DNA from: Nitrososphaeria archaeon
GTDB taxonomy: Archaea; Thermoproteota; Nitrososphaeria; JACIWG01
Reading direction: 5' to 3'
Assembly: GCA_050011875.1 (NCBI GenBank)
Contig: JBEKIG010000011.1
Location: 92,019-156,018, forward strand
DNA length: 64,000 nucleotides
Below the pieces are notes generated by a model, which was not told the DNA's origin, searched no databases, and saw nothing but the letters and a program-made list of their open reading frames with translations. The translations under genes were made by a program, and so were the position numbers. This document shows positions 35,708 through 46,530 of the stretch, piece by piece; position 1 is the stretch's first letter, and every line of letters begins with the position of its first letter.

Positions 35708-38700
35708 ACCTCCAATAATGCCGCTCTAACCTGCGCCATAATCTCTTCGGTTGTAAAGTGCCCCATGGTGATGGCTTTAGTTGGACACGCTGCACCACAT
35801 GCACCACAGCCCTTGCACAGGGCTTCAACCACATGCGCGACAGCCTTACCTTCTTTATCTTCCATTTCGATTGCCTTATACGGGCAAAGGCTTTCACAGA
35901 TCCTGCATCCACCGCAGAGATCTTCATCCACGTTCGCCACGATTCCTTCCATCTCAAGCGACTCTTTCGAAAGTATGGTTGTCGCCCTTGCCGCAGCAGC
36001 GCAGGCTTGAGAGATACTTTCATCAACGTACTTGGGAGAATGCGCCATTCCGCAGAGGAATACACCTTCGGTTGCAAAGTCCACCGGCCTTAGTTTCATG
36101 TGGGCCTCTAAGAAGAAGCCATCCTTCGTCAACGGCACCTTTAGCATTTCTGCCAGCTTTCTATTGCCTGAATCAGCTATGGTAGCCGCGCTCAATACTA
36201 CGATGTCTGGTTCGACTTCGATTTCTTCCCCTAGTGTTGGTTCCAAAAACATAACACCTAGTTTTCCACCGTCATTTTCAACTTTAGGTTTTCTTGCGTC
36301 ACTGTAGTTTACAAATAGAACTCCCTTCATAGCTGCTTCTCGGTAATAGTCTTCCTTGAAACCGTAGGCTCTCATATCTTTGTAAAGGATGTAAACTTCA
36401 GTTTCTGGGCTTACTTCTTTGATTTTTATAGCATTCTTTACTGCTTGGCCACAGCAGATCCTTGAGCAGTTGGGGTTCTCTTCATTTCTGGCTCCGACGC
36501 ATTGAATCATAACAGCGCACTTTGCATTGAAAGCGCCTCCGGTGAGCCTATCCTCAAGTTCGTGCTGTGTTAGGACCCTAGGGTCCGTCCCGTAGAGGTA
36601 TTCCGTCGGCTTGTATTCGACGGCTCCGGTAGCAACTATTACAACACCGTGCAAGATTTCCACTTCTTTCCCGTTTTCCTGCTTCACCTTTGATCTATAA
36701 TTGCCTACGAACCCATATACGTCAACGACTTCTGCACCGGTGTAGACGTGTATCTTCCTATTTTCGGTGACGCCCCTGATCAGTTCTCCGAGTTTTTCTT
36801 TAGGATCGACCTTTTCTCCCAGCATGTAATGGATCTTCCTAAGGTGACCGCCCAGTTCCTTCTCCTTCTCTACAAGGTTCACTTCAAATCCCTGCTCTGC
36901 GAGTTTCAATGCAGCAGTCATGCCTGAGACTCCGCCCCCTATAACTAGGCCGACCGGTGTAACGCTTACACGTGGTTTCTGTAACGGCTTCAGCAGTACT
37001 GCTTTTGCAGCGATCGACCGCACAAGATCCTTGGCCTTCTCGGTTGCCTCTCTAGGCTGGTGCATGTGCACCCAGCTACACTGGTCACGTATGTTGGTCA
37101 TTTCAAAAAGGTAGGGGTTCAGTCCAGCTTCCTGCACCGTTTCCCTGAACAATGGCTCGTGAGTCCTAGGCGTACACGAAGCCACGATAACACGGTTCAA
37201 ATTGTTGGCTTTGATCTTCTCTGCAATAAGTTTCTGTGTGTCCTGGGAGCATGTGTAAAGGTTAGCTTCCGCGTAGACCACGTTAGGAAGCCCTTTAGCG
37301 TATTCAACTACTTCAGGAACGTTGACCACTCCACCGATATTTATTCCGCAGTGGCACACGAACACGCCTACACGCGGTTCTTCCCCACTTACATCCCTCT
37401 CCGGTGGGTACTCTTTTTTGGCTACTAGAGTTCCCCTCTCACCTGCGATTTCGTCCATCGCCATGGCGGCTGCGCCGCTTGCCTGTGCGACGCTTTCTGG
37501 GATATCCTTCGGACCGCTGAATGCACCACAGACGAATATGCCTTTCTTAGACGTTTCCATCGGCGAGAAGATTTCTGTTTCACAGAAGTTGTACCTGTTA
37601 AGCTTTATTCCCAAGACCCCAGCAAGCCCCGCAAAATTCTTCGGAGGCTGCATCCCTGTCACCAGCACGATTAAGTCAAAATCTTCTGTTCTCGGATTAT
37701 TATCTTCAACATAGTTTATGAAGATGTTGTTTGTATTCGGGTCCTCTGTTACGCTAGCAACCCTAGACCTAACAAATCTTACCCCATATTCCTCTTCTGC
37801 ACGATTCCTGTAGGCATCAAATTCCTTACCGTAGGAGCGCATGTCCATATAAAAAATGGATGCGTCAAGCTTTGTCGGCGTGTGCTCTTTAGCTATCACC
37901 GCCTCCTTTATGCCGTACATACAGCACGCTGCGGAGCAGTAGTTGTTACCTAGTTGGTAGTCCCGCGAACCAACGCACTGAATGAAAGCGATCTTCTTAG
38001 GAATTTCGCCGTCCGAAGGCCTGAGCACAAGCCCACCATATGGTCCTGATGCGCTCAGGATTCGCTCGAATTCTATGCTTGTCACGACATTCGGGTACCG
38101 GCCAAACCCATATTCACTCTTCAGTTTAGCGTCGAAGGTTTCAAATCCTGGTGCAAGAATTACCGAACCAACCTCTAACGTGGTCTCGCTGTCTTCCTGT
38201 TCATAATCGATAGCCTGAGCTTTACAGATTTCAGAGCAGGTTCCGCAGCCGATGCACTTTTCGCGGTCAATAGTGTACTTTAAGGGAACAGCCTGAGGGT
38301 ATTCGATGTAAATCGCGCTTCTCGTTCCAAGGCCTTCGTTGAAAGCGTCAACCACTTCAACTGGACACTTCTGTGCGCAGAGTCCACAGCCGTTGCATTT
38401 CTCTTCGATCACGCGCCTGCTCTTCCTTCGAATTCCCACTTTGAAGTTTCCTGACTCTCCGCTAAGGCCTGTTATTTCTGCATTTGTCAGAATTATGATG
38501 TTCGAGTGCCTTCCCGTTGCAACAAGCTTTGGTGAGAGGATGCACATCGAACAGTCGTTCGTTGGGAAGGTCTTGTCAAGCTGGGCCATCACTCCGCCTA
38601 TGCTTGGGCCCTGGTCAACCAGGTAAACTCTAAAACTCGAATCCGCTAGATCGAGGCTTGCCTGGATTCCAGCCACTCCTCCTCCTACTACAAGAACTGC

Positions 38701-38721
38701 ACCAACCTTCTTATCTGTCAT
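35590..38721 (-). CDS. hdrA: large tandem HdrA (two FAD domains, inserted and C-terminal ferredoxins)
   Basis: [58 protein letters not shown]; last ~35 aa are out-of-frame mvhD sequence. Confidence 0.93.
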   Translation of the reverse strand: MTDKKVGAVLVVGGGVAGIQASLDLADSSFRVYLVDQGPSIGGVMAQLDKTFPTNDCSMCILSPKLVATGRHSNIIILTNAEITGLSGESGNFKVGIRRKSRRVIEEKCNGCGLCAQKCPVEVVDAFNEGLGTRSAIYIEYPQAVPLKYTIDREKCIGCGTCSEICKAQAIDYEQEDSETTLEVGSVILAPGFETFDAKLKSEYGFGRYPNVVTSIEFERILSASGPYGGLVLRPSDGEIPKKIAFIQCVGSRDYQLGNNYCSAACCMYGIKEAVIAKEHTPTKLDASIFYMDMRSYGKEFDAYRNRAEEEYGVRFVRSRVASVTEDPNTNNIFINYVEDNNPRTEDFDLIVLVTGMQPPKNFAGLAGVLGIKLNRYNFCETEIFSPMETSKKGIFVCGAFSGPKDIPESVAQASGAAAMAMDEIAGERGTLVAKKEYPPERDVSGEEPRVGVFVCHCGINIGGVVNVPEVVEYAKGLPNVVYAEANLYTCSQDTQKLIAEKIKANNLNRVIVASCTPRTHEPLFRETVQEAGLNPYLFEMTNIRDQCSWVHMHQPREATEKAKDLVRSIAAKAVLLKPLQKPRVSVTPVGLVIGGGVSGMTAALKLAEQGFEVNLVEKEKELGGHLRKIHYMLGEKVDPKEKLGELIRGVTENRKIHVYTGAEVVDVYGFVGNYRSKVKQENGKEVEILHGVVIVATGAVEYKPTEYLYGTDPRVLTQHELEDRLTGGAFNAKCAVMIQCVGARNEENPNCSRICCGQAVKNAIKIKEVSPETEVYILYKDMRAYGFKEDYYREAAMKGVLFVNYSDARKPKVENDGGKLGVMFLEPTLGEEIEVEPDIVVLSAATIADSGNRKLAEMLKVPLTKDGFFLEAHMKLRPVDFATEGVFLCGMAHSPKYVDESISQACAAAARATTILSKESLEMEGIVANVDEDLCGGCRICESLCPYKAIEMEDKEGKAVAHVVEALCKGCGACGAACPTKAITMGHFTTEEIMAQVRAALLEVLLVSCVTGVVMLALTLLVLVGFSILLTLGSCVLCAVGG

Positions 38722-41154
38722 CTACTCAACCTCCAACGCTTTATAGAGTGGTGTCTGGTCTTCAATTGAATCCACGGCTATCATGTTCTTCCTGCGCATG
38801 TTAACGACCTCCCTAAGAACCTCAGCAGGTTTCATATGGACGGCTGCTGCCAGATCCTTAACCGATTTAGGTTTATTTCGTGTGAGAATGTGAATCTTTT
38901 GACGAACATATTCGGATAAAACCATATCGTTGAGTAAGGAATCGAATTCCTCCTGCGGAATCTTTTCTTCGTAAACGTTATTCTTCTCAGTTAGCTCCCT
39001 TTCTCTTCCAACGATAACCCTTAACCTGAAATTAGCAGCCGCATTCTTCGCTGCCTTAAGGTTCAGCAGAATATCCTGGCTCTTCGCCGACACGGGTGAA
39101 GGACCCAATTTCCTGATACGTTCTGTGAATTCGGTCACCAGCATGGCGAACCTCTGTCCTTCCGACGCTGAAACCCATTCTAGTTCCAGGCGTTCAGGCT
39201 CCAGCCCAGTCAGCGCCAAGAGCTTTTTAGCCAAGATGATCTTCCTCTCTTCGTACAGGTTTCCCTCGACATAGTGGCAGTCTCCGGGGTGGCATCCCAG
39301 AACCAGTACGCCGTCAGCTCCCCTGATCAGAACCTCGAGGGGAATTGTCGGATCTATCCTCCCACTGCACATAACACGCACGATCCTAATGTTAGGAGGA
39401 TACTGAATCCTACTAACACCAGCAAGGTCAGCGCCAGCATAACTACACCAGTTACACAGGAAACCAATAATGGCTGTGGCCTCAGCCAACACCTGCGCGT
39501 CACTGAAGTGCCGCATGGTTATTGCTTTTTCGGGGCAGCTGGCGGCGCAAACCCCGCAACCCTTGCAGAGCACATCATTAACCCAAGCAACCCCCTTCTC
39601 ATCCTTCTGTATGGCGCTGTAGGGGCACATTTTGATACACGTTCCGCAGCCCGTGCAAGCCTCCCCCTTCACTGAGGCCGTTATGGCTTCGGTTGTTACA
39701 CGCTTAAGAGCCATCGGGATACCTGCCCTCGAAGCTGCCGCGTACGCTTGGGCGACGCTTTCTGGAATAGTCTTAGGGCTGTGTGCTGTTCCGCAGACAA
39801 ATATTCCGTCGGTGGCAAAGTCCACCGGCCTAAGCTTAACGTGGGCTTCAAAGAAGAATCCGTCTGCTCCAAGTGGAACCTTAAGAATTTTGGAGAGCTC
39901 CCTGCTTCCCTCGGACTGGATCAGCGGAGTCGATAAAACGATGAGGTCGGGTTGAAGTTCAAGGGTTTCGTTGACGGAGATATCGTGAACCCTTACGATG
40001 ATCCTTCCGTCTTCTTCCGAGAAGACTTCCGGAGGTTCTTCCTTTTCGAATCTTATAAATTGGACGAAGCTCTCTCTCGCCTGCTTATACTGTCCCTCAA
40101 ATTCACGGCCGTAGGCCTGCATGTCCCTGTAGAGTACGGTGACTTCGGCCTCTGGATACGTTTCTTTGATCTTTAAAGCATTCTTAAGTGCGACTGCGCA
40201 ACAGATCCTTGAACAATAGTTTATTCCACCATCTTTTTCTTCCCTCGCGCCCACACACTGGATCATTATAACGTTCTTCGGCTCAGGCAGCGCCCCTTCT
40301 TTCAGAAGACGCTCCAACTCCAATTGTGTGATAACTCCCTTGTTTTCTCCGTACAGATACATTCCCTTAGGCTTGAGGACATCCGCTCCCGTCGCGACTA
40401 CAATGGTTCCTGCGTCAAGATTTTCTTCTTTACCATTGTTATCTATTGTTACCTTAAAGTTGCCTATGAAGCCCTCATTACGTTTTACTGTTGATGATGT
40501 GTAGGTCTTTATGTTGGGATTTGAGCGGACGGCCTGTAGATAAACTTCTAAAATTTCACCCGCATCTTTTTCGCTCGGATATAGGCTGTAAAGCTCCCGA
40601 AGTTTTCCACCCAGCTCAGGTTCCTTTTCTATCAGGTGAACCTTGAAGCACTGGTTTGCTAGGCTTAACGACGCTGTCATTCCCGCAACTCCACCGCCTA
40701 TCACAAGCGCCAAAGGCTGAACGTCAATTTCAGGCTCGCTTTGAGGCTCAAGCAAGGCTGCTTTGGCCACGCACATCTTGACAATCTCTTTGGCTTTTTC
40801 TGTGGCTTTCTGAGACTCCTTCGCGTGCACCCAGCTGCATTGCTCCCTTATGTTCGCCATTTGAAATAGGTACTTGTTCAGCCCAGCTTCTTCGCACGCG
40901 CTCCTAAAGAGCGGTTCGTGAGTTCTCGGCGTGCATGAAGCAACAACTACACGGTTAAGTTCGTATTTCTTGATAGCTTCTTTAAGTTTCCCCAGCCCTT
41001 CAGACGAGCACGTGTAAAGGTTTCCCTCCGCGTGTACGACATCTGTTAAGGTCTTTGCGTATTCGACGACGTCAGGAACGTTCACTACTGCTCCGATGTT
41101 GACTCCACAGTAGCATACGAAAACTCCTATTCGGCACTTCGTCTTCTCGCTCAC
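38722..41154 (-). CDS. hdrA: HdrA C-terminal half fused to MvhD and a C-terminal wHTH
   Basis: [29 protein letters not shown], 2x[4Fe-4S], then [21 protein letters not shown], then SVKDLAAAVHMKPAEVLREV. Confidence 0.9.
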   Translation of the reverse strand: MSEKTKCRIGVFVCYCGVNIGAVVNVPDVVEYAKTLTDVVHAEGNLYTCSSEGLGKLKEAIKKYELNRVVVASCTPRTHEPLFRSACEEAGLNKYLFQMANIREQCSWVHAKESQKATEKAKEIVKMCVAKAALLEPQSEPEIDVQPLALVIGGGVAGMTASLSLANQCFKVHLIEKEPELGGKLRELYSLYPSEKDAGEILEVYLQAVRSNPNIKTYTSSTVKRNEGFIGNFKVTIDNNGKEENLDAGTIVVATGADVLKPKGMYLYGENKGVITQLELERLLKEGALPEPKNVIMIQCVGAREEKDGGINYCSRICCAVALKNALKIKETYPEAEVTVLYRDMQAYGREFEGQYKQARESFVQFIRFEKEEPPEVFSEEDGRIIVRVHDISVNETLELQPDLIVLSTPLIQSEGSRELSKILKVPLGADGFFFEAHVKLRPVDFATDGIFVCGTAHSPKTIPESVAQAYAAASRAGIPMALKRVTTEAITASVKGEACTGCGTCIKMCPYSAIQKDEKGVAWVNDVLCKGCGVCAASCPEKAITMRHFSDAQVLAEATAIIGFLCNWCSYAGADLAGVSRIQYPPNIRIVRVMCSGRIDPTIPLEVLIRGADGVLVLGCHPGDCHYVEGNLYEERKIILAKKLLALTGLEPERLELEWVSASEGQRFAMLVTEFTERIRKLGPSPVSAKSQDILLNLKAAKNAAANFRLRVIVGRERELTEKNNVYEEKIPQEEFDSLLNDMVLSEYVRQKIHILTRNKPKSVKDLAAAVHMKPAEVLREVVNMRRKNMIAVDSIEDQTPLYKALEVE
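39353..39471. repeat. 119-bp exact direct repeat B, copy 2
   Basis: Identical to 35589-35707. Confidence 0.95.
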
Positions 41155-42467
41155 GATATCGCCTCCTTAATCGTTTGTGCTATCGTTTCCGATGCACGAG
41201 CCGCTGCGCCGCTTGCCTGTGCGACGCTTTCTGGAATATCCTTCGGGGATTGGCAGTACCCGCATACGTATATGCCAGGGACGTTTGTGTCAATTGGTGC
41301 AGTAAGCGGTTCCCATGACTTAAAGAACCCGTATTCGTCAAGGTCCAGCCCCATCGTCTTGGCAATAACTTTGTTGTCTTCCTTAGGCACCAGCGCAGGA
41401 CACAGCACAACCAGATCGGTCTCCAAAACCTTCATCTTACTTGATGAAAGCTCTTCGTAGTGAATCTGCAGATTTTTTGTTAAGGGGTCTTCGTTTATTC
41501 CACCAGGATGAGCTTTGACGTATTTGATTCCATATTCCCTTCTTGCTCTATCGACAAATTCCTGAAAACCCTTTCCAACAGCTCTCATATCAATAAACAT
41601 GATGTAAACATCCGTTTCTGGAGCGTGATCCTTTATCAGTATGGATTCCTTTGTCGCGTAGACGCAGCATACGCTCGAACAGAACGGAAACTCTCCGTGC
41701 TGGCTTCTTGAGCCAACACACTGGACGAAAACAACGCTTTTAGGCTCCTTCCCATCGGACGGCCTAACAAGGTGGCCGCCCGTTGGTCCTGAAGCGCATA
41801 TAATTCTTTCAAATTCCATGGAATGTACGACGTTCTTGAACCTGCCGTAGCCGTATTCATTCATGGTAGATGGGTTGAAGACGTCGAAACCGGTTGCGAG
41901 TATTATAGATGATACGTTTATCGTTTTTTCTTCAGGCTGCTGTTCATAGTTTATAGCCTTCGAGGGACAGAATTTCTGGCAGACCCTGCAAACGCCCTTA
42001 GTGAAGTACAGACAGTGTTCCGGGTCGATTGTCGCAACCAAGGGTACAGCCTGCTTGAACAGCATGTACACCGCCTTCCTGTTCCCAAGTCCCATGTCAA
42101 ATTCGTTTGGAACCTTCACAGGACACTTCTCCATGCAGGTGCCGCATCCCGTGCATTTTTCAGATTCCACGTAGCTGGCTTTCTTTAGAATTTTGACATT
42201 GAAGTCTCCTGCTTTACCCCCAACTTCTTTAACCTCAGAGTAGGTTAATAACGCGATGTTTGGGTGCCTGTAGCATTCGATCATCTTTGGCGCAAGTATA
42301 CAGATCGAGCAGTCCAGTGTTGGGAAGGTTTTGTCAAGCTGAGCCATGCGTCCACCTATGCTAGGCAGTTTTTCGACTAGGTAGACTTTGGTTCCGCGGT
42401 TAGCAAGGTCCAATGAAGCCTGGATGCCCGCTATACCGCCTCCGACTACAAGAACCGAATTCGACAT
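41151..42467 (-). CDS. hdrA: HdrA N-terminal half (FAD domain with inserted ferredoxin)
   Basis: [50 protein letters not shown]. Confidence 0.92.
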   Translation of the reverse strand: MSNSVLVVGGGIAGIQASLDLANRGTKVYLVEKLPSIGGRMAQLDKTFPTLDCSICILAPKMIECYRHPNIALLTYSEVKEVGGKAGDFNVKILKKASYVESEKCTGCGTCMEKCPVKVPNEFDMGLGNRKAVYMLFKQAVPLVATIDPEHCLYFTKGVCRVCQKFCPSKAINYEQQPEEKTINVSSIILATGFDVFNPSTMNEYGYGRFKNVVHSMEFERIICASGPTGGHLVRPSDGKEPKSVVFVQCVGSRSQHGEFPFCSSVCCVYATKESILIKDHAPETDVYIMFIDMRAVGKGFQEFVDRARREYGIKYVKAHPGGINEDPLTKNLQIHYEELSSSKMKVLETDLVVLCPALVPKEDNKVIAKTMGLDLDEYGFFKSWEPLTAPIDTNVPGIYVCGYCQSPKDIPESVAQASGAAARASETIAQTIKEAIS

Positions 42468-42643
42468 CAGTTCGAACGCCCTTTTTCCGTTTGTCTGAGT
42501 GATTGTTTAGGGGTAAATAATCTTTGTGTTTGTAAGACATTATTAATGCATTTAAGACCTTCTTCACCTAATGTTACGTGAACGCTAAACGTTTCCGTCA
42601 TTAAGATGAAGGCCTTCTTTCCTTTTAAATTAGTGCAAGACAG

Positions 42644-43984
42644 CTACATTCTTCTCATGGCAATCTCTGCTGCCAAAACCATGGGTTCCCAGGTTTCACA
42701 TACTGAAGGAGCGTAGCAGGTATCAGCTTTCATCAGCTCTTGGACCGTCATATTGTTCTGGATGGCCAGCGAAAGAGCGTTGACACGTTGGGTTACTTCT
42801 TCGCCGCCGACAATTTCTCCGCCGACAATCATTTTGGTTTCTTTTTCAACTATGAGCTTCACTTTCAATGGAAATGCTCCGGGGTAATAAAGTGCCTTTG
42901 TGTGGCCGCTAATTTTGCCGACGACAACTTCGAACCCTAATTTAGAGGCCCAAAATTCTGTTAGGCCAGTCGCCCCCACCTCGAAGTCGAACATTTTGGA
43001 GACCCATGAGAAAAGTGTTCCAGGAAAGATCGAATATCCTCCCGCAGCGTTTATGCCAGCTACCTTACCCTCTCTGACAGCTGTTGACCCAAGCAGAGGA
43101 AGAGCCGGTCTGTGAGTAACCATATGGGTTGTTTCAGCACAGTCTCCGACAGCGTAAACGTCTTCTGCGCTAGTCTGCATCCGAATATTCGTCTTTACGC
43201 CACCTGTTTCACCGATGACCAATCCCGCTTTTTTGGCTAGCTCAACGTTGGGCCTGACCCCTGCGGCGTTTATGACAATATCGGCAGCGACCTCTTCACC
43301 CCCGACCGATACAGCCCGCACCCTGTCTGCTCCAAGAATCGCTCCCGCTGGCTTTCCTAAAATAATTCCGATACCGTTCCCTTCAAGGCTTTTTTGGATC
43401 TCCTCTGACATGTCCCGGTCAAGAAGCCTTGGAAGAATCGAGGGAAGCATTTCGACGATCGTGGACTTTATTCCCTTTTCCTTGAAAGCGTCAGCAGCTT
43501 CTAGGCCGACGAGGCCAGATCCTATGACAGCAGCCGATTTAGCGGTCTTCATAGCATTTACCAACTTTTCGCCGTCACTCAGAGTATGAAGGTTAAAGAC
43601 GCCTTCTTTGTTCATCCCCTCTATCGGAAGACTGAAGGGTGCTGCGCCTGTGGCTAGAATTAGGCTATCGTACTGGAGCGTTTCCTGTTTTCCGTCTTTC
43701 GCTTCGATTTCGACTTTCTTTGCCTTCGTATCGAGGTTTGTGGCCGTCACCTCTAAGCGTAAATTAAACTTCATCATCTTGTAGAATGTAGGAGGATAAA
43801 CGACCAGGTTCTCAAATGCTGGTATATGGCCGCTGAGCACGAAGGGAAGACCGCACCTAGAGTATGCTCCAACATTTTCTCTGGTTACAAGAGTTATCTC
43901 AGCTTCCCTGTCGGTTTTTCGAGCCGCCACAGCCGAATCAACGCCTGAGGCGTTGGCGCCTATGATGACTATTTTCTTAGGCAT
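42644..43984 (-). CDS. FAD-dependent pyridine nucleotide-disulfide oxidoreductase (CoA-disulfide reductase/NADH oxidase family)
   Basis: IIGANASG, YSRCGLP (single redox Cys), IGSGLVGLE, YAVGDC, CYAP. Confidence 0.9.
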   Translation of the reverse strand: MPKKIVIIGANASGVDSAVAARKTDREAEITLVTRENVGAYSRCGLPFVLSGHIPAFENLVVYPPTFYKMMKFNLRLEVTATNLDTKAKKVEIEAKDGKQETLQYDSLILATGAAPFSLPIEGMNKEGVFNLHTLSDGEKLVNAMKTAKSAAVIGSGLVGLEAADAFKEKGIKSTIVEMLPSILPRLLDRDMSEEIQKSLEGNGIGIILGKPAGAILGADRVRAVSVGGEEVAADIVINAAGVRPNVELAKKAGLVIGETGGVKTNIRMQTSAEDVYAVGDCAETTHMVTHRPALPLLGSTAVREGKVAGINAAGGYSIFPGTLFSWVSKMFDFEVGATGLTEFWASKLGFEVVVGKISGHTKALYYPGAFPLKVKLIVEKETKMIVGGEIVGGEEVTQRVNALSLAIQNNMTVQELMKADTCYAPSVCETWEPMVLAAEIAMRRM

Positions 43985-43990
43985 TTCCGC

Positions 43991-44407
43991 TTATCCTTCC
44001 CTAGCAATTTCCTTATGCCATTCCAGAGACTTTTCGAAGTCCATCAGCGTCCCAAGATCTTTAACGAGTTCGCTTGGGGACACGAGCAGGATCCATCCTT
44101 CACCGTAGGGATCTTCGTTAAGCTTTTCTGGGTTTTTACCCACTTCTTTGTTTACTTCCTCAATCTTTCCACTGACCGGTGCCACAAGTTCTGATACGGT
44201 CTTCACCGATTCAACCGTGCCGAAGGACTCCCCTTTTTTTATTTCGGCCCCTGCGCTAGGAAGCTCAGCGAACACTATATCCCGTAACTGCTTTTGCGCG
44301 TAATCTGTAACACCGATTCTGACCTTACCGTCTTCAACCTTGACCCACATCCAATCCTTTGAATAATACAGGTCTTTGGCTACTTCAAAATCACCGACTT
44401 TAACCAA
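43991..44407 (-). CDS. gcvH: glycine cleavage H-protein-like lipoyl carrier
   Basis: GVTDYAQ, VESVKTVSE (lipoyl Lys), NEDPYGEGW. Confidence 0.93.
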   Translation of the reverse strand: MVKVGDFEVAKDLYYSKDWMWVKVEDGKVRIGVTDYAQKQLRDIVFAELPSAGAEIKKGESFGTVESVKTVSELVAPVSGKIEEVNKEVGKNPEKLNEDPYGEGWILLVSPSELVKDLGTLMDFEKSLEWHKEIAREG

Positions 44408-44561
44408 GCTTTTACACCAAACATGGTATCTTTTCGGACACGTTTAAGAATTACGCAGCATTGTAAAAAAATCTAATATATCATGTGAATGAAATAATGT
44501 TCAACAAGGAACCCCATAACATAGAAAGGTTAATATTCCCACTTCGGGTATATTAACAAAA

Positions 44562-44813
44562 ATGCCTCTTACTTTTGTATTGATAAACGCTGATCTAGGA
44601 ACTGAAGAAGAAATAGTAAAGGAACTTAGGAAGATCGAGGAAGTTAAGGAAGCATATTTCGTCTACGGCCCGTACGATATATTGGTCAAGGTTCAGGCAG
44701 ATAAACTAGATAGGGTGAAGGAGGTAATTTCTTCAACTATCAGACGATTAGACCATGTGCGCTCCACTCTAACAATGATCGCTGTCGAAGGGACCAGTGG
44801 TAGTCTTCAATAG
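44562..44813 (+). CDS. stand-alone Lrp/AsnC ligand-binding domain protein
   Basis: FVLIN, VYGPYDILVKV, VRSTLTMI. Confidence 0.9.
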   Translation: MPLTFVLINADLGTEEEIVKELRKIEEVKEAYFVYGPYDILVKVQADKLDRVKEVISSTIRRLDHVRSTLTMIAVEGTSGSLQ

Positions 44814-45040
44814 ATAGCTTGACGTGAAAGTTCCACTTTCTTATTCACAGCCATAATCGTCTAACACACTTTTTTAATTCAGAGTTCTAGACCACGCATC
44901 TTATAATCAACTTTAGGTATAGCTGAAACTGATCTGAAATTGAAATATACGCGACTTGGTTTTTTAAACATTGACGTAGAAAGCTAACTTGAATAGTCGT
45001 TTAGCAAACTTTTTAAGAGGTATTGAAAGAGGTTTTTATT

Positions 45041-46153
45041 ATGTCAGCAAATAGTAGAACGATTTTTGTAATAGTCATCGTTATTGCTATTTTAATCGCA
45101 GGTAGCATTATCTCTTTAGGACTACTATTTGGAAGAAAGACCACAACCGTCACTAAAACTATTACATATTCTAATCCAACACAGACCTATGCTGCGACGA
45201 CAACGACAACAACCACAATAGCAGCTCTTACTGAGACCATCACACAAACAAATGCCTCGAACGCGGTCAATGCGTCCCAGATATTTGCTGAAGCTGATCC
45301 AAGTGTCGTTACCGTCATAGCATACGATAGCCAACTTAACCCACTGGATTTGGGATCCGGTTTTCTGTACGACAACCAAGGTGATTTTATAACCAACGAT
45401 CACGTTGTTTCGAATGGAACATACTTTGTAATCCAAACCTACGATGACCAATGGATAAATGCAACCTTAAAGGGCACAGATGCATACGCAGATTTAGCTG
45501 TACTTCAAGCGAACGTGCCCGTATCACTTCCACCGCTAAAGTTCGCCTCGTCAGTTACAGTCGGCGAGCCAGCTTTCGCAATAGGAAGCCCCTACGGATT
45601 TGAGGGAAGCATTACAGCCGGAATAGTAAGTCAGGTTAATCGCACCGGAATAGAAATTATACCGATGCTGCAGACCGACGCCGCGTTAAACCCAGGTAAT
45701 TCGGGTGGGCCTCTGCTAAATTCCGCAGGAGAAGTCTTGGGTATAAATACCGCTGGTATAAACGCTTCCCAGTCAGTTGGATTCGCTATTCCATACAATT
45801 TAGTGGAAATGGAGGTTCCAACGCTGATCAAAACAGGCACTTACAGCCATCCACTTATAGGAATCTATGGAAGCTACCTTGACCCAATATCAGCCAAATC
45901 TTATAATCTGCCGAGCAATCTTACATATGGTTTCTATATAATTTCCATCGTTCCGGGTTCTTCGGCGTCAAGAAGCAGTCTAAGGGCAGGAGACGTGATT
46001 ATAAAAATCGACAACTACGTCATACGCAAAGACCCTGATATCAACTATTTAATGACGTACGTATACTCACCGAACCAGAGCGTGACTATCACCGTCATCA
46101 GGAACGGCAATCAGGTCCAAGTTCAATTGACACTGGGTGTATATAATCTGTAA
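45041..46153 (+). CDS. membrane-anchored HtrA/DegS serine protease with PDZ domain
   Basis: N-terminal TM, Thr-rich stalk, TNDHVV, DLAVL, NPGNSGGPL, PDZ. Confidence 0.93.
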   Translation: MSANSRTIFVIVIVIAILIAGSIISLGLLFGRKTTTVTKTITYSNPTQTYAATTTTTTTIAALTETITQTNASNAVNASQIFAEADPSVVTVIAYDSQLNPLDLGSGFLYDNQGDFITNDHVVSNGTYFVIQTYDDQWINATLKGTDAYADLAVLQANVPVSLPPLKFASSVTVGEPAFAIGSPYGFEGSITAGIVSQVNRTGIEIIPMLQTDAALNPGNSGGPLLNSAGEVLGINTAGINASQSVGFAIPYNLVEMEVPTLIKTGTYSHPLIGIYGSYLDPISAKSYNLPSNLTYGFYIISIVPGSSASRSSLRAGDVIIKIDNYVIRKDPDINYLMTYVYSPNQSVTITVIRNGNQVQVQLTLGVYNL

Positions 46154-46530
46154 ATATTCTAACCGATAAAACGCTAAAAGATTCTGATATAAAATTACAC
46201 AGACAAAGAACCGCTATTACCTTATTCAATTTACTATGCTACACAGAAACAAATTATCTGTCTCAAAATGTAACGATAGGACCTACGCTTTAGCTCCTCA
46301 GAAAAGTAATCAGCTGATAGACAAATATAATCTCTAAAAGTGGAAAGATAGGGATTAATTAGTAACAGTTCCCTTTTTAGACGTTTGTCAAACAAAGAAT
46401 GCTCTAGCAGGAATAAAGAGGAACCCATTAGTTGTGGCATCTAATTTGTACAAAAATATGCTGACATGGATGCTGAAATCATCCGCTCTGCAGCATTATT
46501 ATTACGTTACATTTTTCCTGGTCGTAACTA

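Noticed and set aside
31448-42467. Selenocysteine recoding in Mvh/Hdr
   Set aside because: The relevant positions are Cys codons; no in-frame TGA seen
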